This document shows, in pieces, positions 54,242 through 64,000 of a stretch of 64,000 bases of DNA. Origin of the DNA: Eledone cirrhosa (Eukaryota); contig OZ024746.1 of the NCBI GenBank assembly GCA_964016885.1, positions 36,828,001 through 36,892,000 on the forward strand, read 5' to 3'. The first letter of the stretch is position 1, and every line of letters starts with the position of its first letter. The notes under the pieces were generated by a model. It made no database searches and was not told the origin of the DNA. It saw only the letters and a list, made by a program, of their open reading frames with translations. The position numbers and the translations under genes were made by a program.

Positions 54242-55402
54242 ACCCCTTCTACTTACGGTATATATATATATATATATATATATAAACAATATGGCTAATG
54301 TTAATATTTACATCATCCAATTATCAGTTGAGTGTAGCTCGATGTAAAATAACAAATATAATACTGAGTCAGAAAACTTTATAAAGTATATATATATGTA
54401 TATGTGTGTGTGTATGATATGTGTGTGTGTGCGTGTGTGTACATACATACGTGTGTATCTGTCTGTCTGAGTATGTGTGCCTACATACATAAATATGTTT
54501 CCATGTGTGTGTGTGTTTGTGTGTGTGTTTTGGTTTGATTTTAGTTAATGTACAGGCAGTAATTTCTTTGTATTTATATATGCGTATTGATTTTGACAGT
54601 GTATATCCTTTCGTTTCTATAAACTGATAGCGTCAAGATCTTATGTTTGAATTCGGGTGGCTCAATGTAAAGTAATGAAACGTTGATCATTCTGTTTGGA
54701 ATTCATTTTGTTTTAGTATATCTCTCAAAGTAACGGAACATTTTATTGATAAATAAGTTTGAGTGAAGAAAGTAGCCTCAATTTCGAAATAATTTCCTTC
54801 TTATTTCCTTTATAATTTCAGAAACTTTATACAATGGATGTAAGTTTACATTACCTATCCTTTAAATATAATATACAGAGATTTACTATATAGTTCAAAT
54901 ACAAAATATCGTGCCGTAAACATTCTTGTTTGAGTAGAATGATTCTCAATTCTTAAGAAATTTCGAGTAAATCCTAGTTAAAAATAATATTAATGTAAAT
55001 AACATAAAAATAACAGAAAATAAATAATAAGAAGAATAAACCATCCCCAACATAAATACAAAAAGAACAAAAAACATTAGAAATAAAAGTGATATAAATA
55101 ATAATAAAATTATTAATGATAACAAAAAGAAGAAGGCAAAATATAATTATTTTATATAATACACACGTTTACGTGAGAACAGATGGTAATCTAAATGACT
55201 TTACATCGGATTTCGTCGTATATTACTTTATGAGGTAGTCTTAAAGAAATCTCGTATATTTTTTCTATAGATGTTCAGCAACGTTCAGGCATGAGTTATT
55301 TTGATTGTCAATCAACCGGACATTCATTTTATCAAATAACACCCATCCTTCTTCTTAACAGACACACTGAGACCTACATACACAGTTACATAAATACACG
55401 TA

Positions 55403-55443
<41 letters not shown>

Positions 55444-55875
55444 GTGTATTTATGTAACTGTGTATGTATATATATATATATAGTAAAAGAATGAAGAATA
55501 ACATGGTCGGCTTTACAATTATATATATAATTTCCTGAATAGTCTTTCTGTTGATGGTGGGATTTAACATTAACAGGCCTGGTAGTGCTGTTAAGATACC
55601 CACAAACAATAATTATTTATAGTGGTGATATTTTAGAATCTTTGCTAACAAAGAATCGGTACAACATTTGCAACACACCTTAAGTATTGGATGGCCGTTG
55701 ACTATCAAGAGTTCCTCCACCCTTTGACGGATTTTGCTGTTCATCTTGTAGGCTGCCCAGAAAACCTATTTAAATCCCATGATGACCTATTTACATCCCT
55801 TGGTGACCTATTTAAATCCCTTGTTGTTTGTGTTCCAGCATCACTACTCTAAAGGCTGAAACCAGAAAAATAATG

Positions 55876-56072
55876 GTTTCTGATTTAGGCACAAGGCCAA
55901 TAATTTAGGAGAATGGAGAAAGTCGAATAAATCGATCTCAGTGCTTCTTCATTTTATCGATCCTGTAAAGATGAAAAGCAAATCTAATCATTGTAGGATT
56001 TTAACCCAAAGTGTAAAGGGACATAACTCCACGAGGAAAATAATATTATCCGATGCTCTACCGATGCTGCCA
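55876..56072 (-). mobile_element. tRNA-derived SINE, diverged
   Basis: TTTCTGATTTAGGCACAAGG..ATTTTATCGATCC..GATGAAAAGCAAA..CTCTACCGATGCTGCCA. Confidence 0.7.
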
Positions 56073-56486
56073 AGAAAATAAAATAATAAATAATAGTAAA
56101 CAGCGTTTTTCGTAAAACAGGGTATACAAACATTTACTAAATAAGTATAATTTTAAAATTCCATACATTTTTCTTTACATTTTGAATGAGATTTTTCGCT
56201 ATGTTTACTATAACTCAGTTTTTCAATGTGTAGATTCATCTGGAAACATGATTAATATGAGTGAGCAAATATGATCACATGTACATGCACACAGACAGGT
56301 ACAACAAAACATATATTCATGCATAAATCACACATACACACACACATATATGTATGTGTGCGTGTGTGTGTGCGTCTGTGTGTTTCTATGTGTGTGACTA
56401 TATGTGTTGCTGCTGTGAGTATGGATGTGAGCGTACGACTGTACGGATATCATCTTGATCACCTTTATCGACCAGTCTGTCGGGCG

Positions 56487-56539
<53 letters not shown>

Positions 56540-56914
56540 TAGATTGGGTTAGAAACTCAAAATAGTCTTTTTCAATTAAATAGCTCAAAGAAAGGAAACT
56601 TTCCGAGCCGTGTAATATTATTGAATATATGAGAGAGTTGAACACAGATATAAATATACATGTGTTCTAATTGTAAATGATCAAGTTAGCTAGGTTGAAA
56701 CAATACTAGTTTAAAATAATATGGTTTGCGTGACTCGACTTAAAGTAATAAATCAATAAAAATAACATGCCTATATTGGGCAACAGCCTTTGATACACAT
56801 ACAGACTTAAATCTGTTCCCCCAGAATTATTAAGTGAAAGCCACAATTCCTGAGCTCTTTGTTCAACCTAGCTAACTTTGTCATTTGCAATTGGAACACA
56901 TGTATACTTATATC

Positions 56915-57060
56915 TCTGCAAGATGATCGATCTAATGCAATGGCTTCCCAGTAATCTTCTGTAATTGTTGGCTTAATCAAAGCTCTTCTGATACAGTCTT
57001 TATACCTGGGATTTGCTTTGGGCGTTTTCATTTGAATAACTCCCCGTTCAGAAAGTGAAT
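56915..57060 (-). pseudogene. RTE-type LINE C-terminal fragment
   Basis: PKANPRYKDCIRRALIKPTITEDYWEAIALDRSSCR resembles the RTE C-terminal motif PKxRYKD..WExxAxDRxxWR. Confidence 0.65.
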
Positions 57061-57260
57061 AGAGTTACGATTATCTCGAATCCAAGGTTTATAATATAGT
57101 TATAATATATGTATAGTTATAAAACGACAGATTTATATTATATCTCTATGCAGCAAACATAGTGTCCAACTCAATACCGATACTGCCAATCCAGCGCTCT
57201 GGAACATATATACTTAATAATTGTTTCTACATATGCATACATACATACATACATACATAC

Positions 57261-57868
57261 ATGGTGGTTGCCAACTCGTTTTCGAGTACGGCCACTACTT
57301 TATATCCATGTAGGAGAACCCCTACCGATGCGCTAAACGAGTGTGACTTTTTTAGTCCAGCCAGCGACTTGAAAACTCTGGTACAAACACTACATTTTTG
57401 ACAATTATTGACACATAGTGCTCGGCCCATGGTACCATGTGACGACAAGTGCAGAGAGATTTCCATATATAAAGCAATGCCTGTTCCGTGAAGTTTTATA
57501 GTAAGCAAAGGCTTGCACAAAGCCATTCCCACTCTCTTAACCAAGAGGATATTTACCAAAAGGAAGAACAAGTCAACATCATTGGATACCATAAGGGTTG
57601 CAGGTGTTATATCAGAGTTTTCCTTCTCCTAGAATTCTGCCTTGACAAAACTAAGGGGTCATCTCTCCCGGTGATTTTGAATGGCCATTGACTCTTAAGA
57701 GCTCCTTTGCCCTTTGTCTGTTTTTTTTTAGTCCTGCAGGATGTCCAAAGTCACACTCCTCACCAAGAAACCTTGGTGGGGTTGCCAGTTTAGTCGCCAA
57801 CGACCCGACCATGGGACAGGTTGTACTGGAATACAAGTTACCAGTAGCACCAACGGGTGCTACCAACC
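57261..57868 (-). mobile_element. Non-autonomous RTE-LINE derivative with (TATG)n tail, unit 1
   Basis: 3' part encodes CSVCTRVFKSLAGLKKSH (C2H2-like LINE C-terminus); ends in (TATG)n; RTE-like 5' UTR motif GGAGAAGGAAAACTCTG. Confidence 0.6.
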
Positions 57869-57899
57869 AACATACATACATACATACATACATGCATAC

Positions 57900-58507
57900 A
57901 TGGTGGCTGCCAACTCGCTTTCGAGCACGGCCACTACCTTATATCCATGTAGGAGAACCCCCACCGATGCGCCGAACGAGTGTGACTTCCTAGTCCAGTC
58001 AGCGACTCGAAAACTCTGGCACAAACACTACACTTGTGACAATCATTGACACATAGTGCCGGGCCCATGGTACCATGTGACGGCAAGTGCAGAGAGATCT
58101 CCAGATATAAAGCAATGCCTGTGCCGTGAAGCTTTTATAGTGAGCAAAGGCACTGCACAAAGCCAGTCCCACTCTCTTAACCAAGATGATATTTACCAAA
58201 AAGAAGAACAAGTCAACATCATTGGATACCATCAGGGTTGCAGGTGTTATATCAGAGTTTTCCTTCTCCTAGAGTTCTGCCTTGACAAAGGCTAAGGGGT
58301 CATCTCTCCCAGTGATTTTGGATGGCCATTGACTCTTAAGAGCACCTTTGCCCTTTGACAGGTTTTGTTTTTAGTCCTGCAGGATGTCCAAAGTCACCCT
58401 CCTCACCAAGAAACCTTAGTGGGGTTGCCAGTTTAGTCGCCAACGACCCGACCATGAGACAGGTTGTACTGGGATACATGTTACCAGTAGCACCAAGTGG
58501 TGACCTG
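57900..58507 (-). mobile_element. Non-autonomous RTE-LINE derivative, unit 2
   Basis: Diverged direct repeat of 57261-57868, bounded by (CATA)n. Confidence 0.6.
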
Positions 58508-59812
58508 ACATGCATACATACATACATACATACATACATACATACATACATACATACATACATACATACATACATACATACATACATACATACATACATA
58601 ATTACTTACATAATATACATACTTATATATATATGAATTATCAATAAATATAAGATAAATTCCCAGCCACTCAACAAAAGTCATTTTATATTTTGAAATA
58701 TTGGCTATGTTTAGAATTATTTTAAGAATTTTTTTCGAGTTATACGGATGGAATTATAGAAATAGAAGCACTGTCGATAGAATTTGCTTGATATTAGATG
58801 CAACATATCTAACTTTAAATGGGAACAGTTCACCTATATTTAAACGGAAGTTGCCTTTCTCACTATCCTGTAAATCAGTGCTTAATGTTCACTCGTATCT
58901 CCTTCTATTAGTCTTAGCCCAACATATGGAGAATTGATGCTCTTATTCGCCGACCGGTGTGATGAAAGAAGTAGTTTCATTGAAATGGCGGAGGTCAGCA
59001 GATATTGCTGATGTAATAGTTTATGAGTCAATTTATCTATTGATTAATCACTACATGCTTCACATTTCAAAATATAAAAATACGCCTTGCTGAGCAGCTG
59101 ATAATTTATCGTAGAATTATTGATTATCGAGTCCAACATAAATTACAACTGACTTCCACACAACACGAGCATACGTTGAGATCTAAGACTACGTATCGTT
59201 ATCTAAAGGTAATATTTTAAAATATTACACAGGTATTACGTACAGGTACTAATACAAATCAAAACCACTGAGACAGTAGAGGAAAATCGGGTACATATGA
59301 ACGAACAAACGGAGAATCTCCATTCATCTCCAGAGTGACAAAACCTTAGACTGTACAACGTTTGTGACTTTTACAAAAGAAAGTGTAAATGAGGGTAAAG
59401 GCATAGAGGTAAAGCAGAGACGCGGGGTACGTGATAACTCTCCACGGAGGTCACAGTGTTACAGATCTTACTTATTAATACAGCAGCGTATGTGCTGTCA
59501 AATAGTTCCAATAAGATATGTAAATTGTCTTTTCCCTATTAGAATGATCATCTAGAAGCAGAGGCTAGATATCATGTGTCAATATACGTTTTATCTGCGA
59601 AATGTCAGAGCATCCATTCAAATGTCCCAAACCATTGTTTGCACGATCAATTTAATATTAGTGTGTATAAGATTTTGTTCTTTTCTGTGTATGAATGTAT
59701 TTGGGTGAGTGTTTCTCTGTTTAGTGTTTTTATAAATATCTCGTCATTCATTTCCTCCATCTTTCTCTGTCTCACATATGTAAACATGTACAAGCACACA
59801 AGACAGATAGAA

Positions 59813-59846
<34 letters not shown>

Positions 59847-59919
59847 ACACACATACACACGCAACCCCCACAAACACGCACACATGCACACATACTCACA
59901 CACACACACATACACACAA

Positions 59920-59998
<79 letters not shown>

Positions 59999-60587
59999 CA
60001 ACTGGAGAAAAGAGAAAAACAGAAACAAAGAGGTAATGGCTTAAATATTTGACACAGGTTCAGATTTGGTTGAATGTGAGGGTATTATATGCATTCCATT
60101 TGTTGTTGTTACTGTTTTTGTTTTTATGAACAAACTGAAGGTGTATTTCTATGAAGCATCGAAACGTCAACAATAAATGGCAATTGGTGTTTGTAACAGG
60201 TCGAAATGAGACAATTTTTTAATTAGAAATCGTTTTTCATCCACTATCAGATGTTATCTGCTGACGAGCATGGGAGATAGTTGAGACAGTGTTTGGTCGT
60301 GATGTTACAGAACCAATATCCTTCTTAATAACACGTACGGCTTTAATATATTATCGTTGTCTCAGACCTTGAGTGATTAAGTGAGTGTTTGAGATAGAGA
60401 GAAGGATGAGGAGGGAAACTGTGATTAAATAAATGGGGAGGGAATGTGAATGAGTGTGTCGGTGCGTCTTTGTATGGGAAATGATGGAATGACCAACGAA
60501 GATGATGAAAATGTGTTTGAGTGTGCGTGTTGCCGTTCGTGTATGTATATATGTACGAACGCATGTAAGTATGTACGTTTGCATGTT

Positions 60588-60622
<35 letters not shown>

Positions 60623-60627
60623 ATATG

Positions 60628-60658
<31 letters not shown>

Positions 60659-60882
60659 ATGTATGTATGAATAAATGAAAGTATGTGTGATTAGTAGGTG
60701 TGCATGAATGAGGGCGACGGGGTAAAATAAGATAAATCGATTGATTGAATGTGATTTATTCATTGATTATTATCGGGTGAATATATATGTGTGATTATGT
60801 GTGTCTGTAAGTGTCTGTATGCGAGTGTGATGGTATATAGTTAATTATATACATATGTGTATATGTCTCCTTGTATGCGCAC

Positions 60883-60994
<112 letters not shown>

Positions 60995-61903
60995 TGAGAG
61001 AAACAAAGTGTAAATTGATTTATAGTGATATATGGAAAATATAGTCAATAGATAAGTAGATACATAGATGTATAGAGGGAACTGGAAGATGGCAAGTAAA
61101 GAGGTGGATATTAGGAGAAAAATATGGCAATAGATTAAACATGCAAATAGATAAAATATTTACCAGGCTGAACATATAATTACATATGTAGATATATATA
61201 CGTATATACATGTATACATATGTATCTGTGAATCTCCATTTTCTTTGTGTGTATGTTTCTATATTAGAACACACAACACATAAGTCACACATACACACAA
61301 ACAAACGTGCGTGTATATATATACATGGCGAGAGGGAGAGAGCAAATATGTGAGGATATATTTTACTAATACGTGAGCGTGTGTGGCAGCCGTGTGCGAA
61401 GTTTAATTGATAAACATAGAACTTCATACCGCGAGAAGGGCGCAAATAACAAACCAAACAAATGAAAACGCAACACCAATAACAACAACAAAAAAGAAAA
61501 AGAAAATATGATGATGCTAGGTTCCGTGGCAATTTAGAAAGATAACAGAGAAAGAATTCATCAGACTGGGAATAAATTAATTTGAAGACATGGCGTAGAC
61601 ATGATATGTTGATGGCAACAAGGTTACAATAATAAATAGTGTCTGAAAATGTAATATACCTATTTGGCTCTAAGACAATTCTACAGACTACTAATTAGCT
61701 AGCTACCAGTTGTCAATTGTTAAGGTGTCGGCCATATTGGTTAAGCGTACACTGTCGGAAGAGAGCGATGTCTTTTTCTATCATTAGCTGTTTTCTTACC
61801 GTCTTATTTAGAGACGCCAACATAACAAGATTTCACTTCATATTTTCTTTATCGTTTCTATTTAGTTTATGTTTTTAAAACATACACGCATATACATACG
61901 TGC

Positions 61904-61946
<43 letters not shown>

Positions 61947-61951
61947 CACAC

Positions 61952-62022
<71 letters not shown>

Positions 62023-62482
62023 ACTTTTTCCTAACGTTTTCGATAAAATATATTTTTCTCTTTCCCTCTCTCACACATTTAATTTCCAACACACGCCCAA
62101 TCACCACGTACACATATACATACAGAAGAACTCAAGCAGCACAGGCTCTCTTACTCTTTTTGTTTCTCACAGTTTATTAACATCTCTTCCATGCATATTT
62201 GTTGCACATTGTTGTTTCTAGCTGTGACGGAATTTTGTAAAGAAAACTAGGTAAATTCAAATTTAAATTTGCTTTTTTCATAGTCCTCTGTCTCATAGGC
62301 AGACAATGCAATGGTTATAACGTGATACCCTACTAAATAAAACACATAATCAGTAAGTCCATATAGCTGAGACTTCTACAAATTTCTTCTGTTAAGAAGA
62401 TACGTCATTTGTCTCAATGTCTTCTATTCTATGACGGAGTTCACTTATTGGCTAGCTGCAGTGATAACAATCTACTATATAC

Positions 62483-62558
<76 letters not shown>

Positions 62559-62817
62559 GATTGATATAATGGAGTAATTATCTGGAAATTAGTATATATA
62601 TATATATATAGTAATAATAATAAATGTGAAGTCTAAAATCAAAACAGGACGTGATAAGGATAAATATATATCAAATATATAACAACCCTAGAGCAAATAT
62701 TTATTAAAATAATTGATTAAAGTTTAAACAAAGAATCGCTGCATTCACCCTCAACGGGATCCTCTGAAGATCCCATTAAGGGTTAAAGCAGCGATTTTTT
62801 GGTTGAAATTGAATCTG

Positions 62818-62853
<36 letters not shown>

Positions 62854-62894
62854 AAGAAATTATCTTTATAGGTAATCCAGTTAGAGGCTGTGGA

Positions 62895-63005
62895 TAGTTT
62901 ATATATATATAGTTTATATATATATAGTTCATATATATATATAGTTTATATATATATAGTTTATATATATATATAGTTTATATATATATAGTTTATATAT
63001 ATATA
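62895..63005. repeat. Minisatellite of about 14-18 bp (AGTTT(AT)n)
   Basis: Direct read. Confidence 0.85.
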
Positions 63006-63344
63006 TATGTATAACAAATTATCGTTATAGGTAATCCAGTTAGTATTGTGGATAGTTTTAGCCTACGGCGTTGTTTGACTCGTCGAGAGGTTTCCTTAGG
63101 TAGCGATTGTTTGATTTCTCGGAAGTTCTCGGGAGTTCCTATGCAAGTTAATCTTGGAGTAATAATAGTGAAAGAGTGATGATTTCGTTAAGCAGGCCAA
63201 TTTGGTTAAGCATGCCAATTTAATTGAGTGACACAACTTCAAATGATTAGCATTTTTAGACAAGTTAATCAATGAAACAATTGTTAATACAGTAAATAAA
63301 ACCTCTCCTTGTACAGTTGACCATGTTATTCTTCAATATTTCAC

Positions 63345-63405
<61 letters not shown>

Positions 63406-63929
63406 GTATGTACTATAGTGAGTTAGCTGAAATGAGATATGGAATCGTTTTCAATAAAGGATAGCCTGTGCTTGGAACACCAATTTCTCATATTGTTAAA
63501 AAGGAATATATGAATTGTAATAGAGTTAACATATACAGAAACTTATATATAAATCATATCTATGTGTATATGCAAAATTGAATATGTGACATATGAATAT
63601 TACATATGTATGTATACGTATGTGAGTAGTGTGTATGTGTGTGTGTGTGTGTACGTGTGTGTGTGTTTATATGTGATTGTTGGTATGCATGTAAGTGTTT
63701 GTATATAACTGCAGAAATGTAAAGAAAATATTACTTTTGTTAGGGGATTTCATCTTAGCATCTTGGTGTCATTATAATATCTGAAATCGCAAATTAATTC
63801 ATTTCAAGTTATTCCCAGTTCCATAAATCCATACATACATATACACATACATACGCACACATTCATTTATGCATGCATACATACACACATACCTACATAC
63901 ATGCATACATACATACATACATACATACA

Positions 63930-63963
<34 letters not shown>

Positions 63964-64000
63964 CATACATACATACATACGTACGTACATACATATTTAC

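Noticed and set aside
57775-57868. HDV-like ribozyme at the RTE 5' end
   Set aside because: P2-like (CCAGT/ACTGG), P4-like and CTAA elements are visible on the minus strand, but no P1 helix could be built by eye
62895-63005. CRISPR-like array
   Set aside because: Simple AT minisatellite without unique spacers, in eukaryotic DNA

Overview
AT-rich, microsatellite-dense animal non-coding DNA, probably from an octopod cephalopod (inferred from a mollusc-type 5S rRNA copy and an octopus-type tRNA SINE). No host protein-coding gene is recognisable, and nearly all ORF-track entries are (TA)n/(CA)n/(GA)n translations. The window is a nest of Penelope-like retroelements (PLEs; RT plus C-terminal GIY-YIG endonuclease) of at least four coding families, labelled A-D here. 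Many non-coding PLE-end fragments form fold-back hairpins and carry type I hammerhead ribozyme (HHR) motifs (about 25 motifs in about 10 sequence families by manual count). The centrepiece is a nearly intact PLE (family C, 21082-28452; 813-codon ORF broken only by one TGA at a conserved Trp) inside a 17 kb palindrome (arms 13756-21082 and 23553-30867). The arms extend 2.4 kb past the element into flanking DNA, which suggests fold-back DNA-templated synthesis during integration. Also present: a 5S rRNA-oligo(A)-tRNA-SINE chimera with an 18 bp target-site duplication, a tandem HHR-bearing retrozyme-like repeat, a non-autonomous Helitron and RTE-LINE derivatives. All alignments and folds were done by eye, so coordinates may be off by a few bases.
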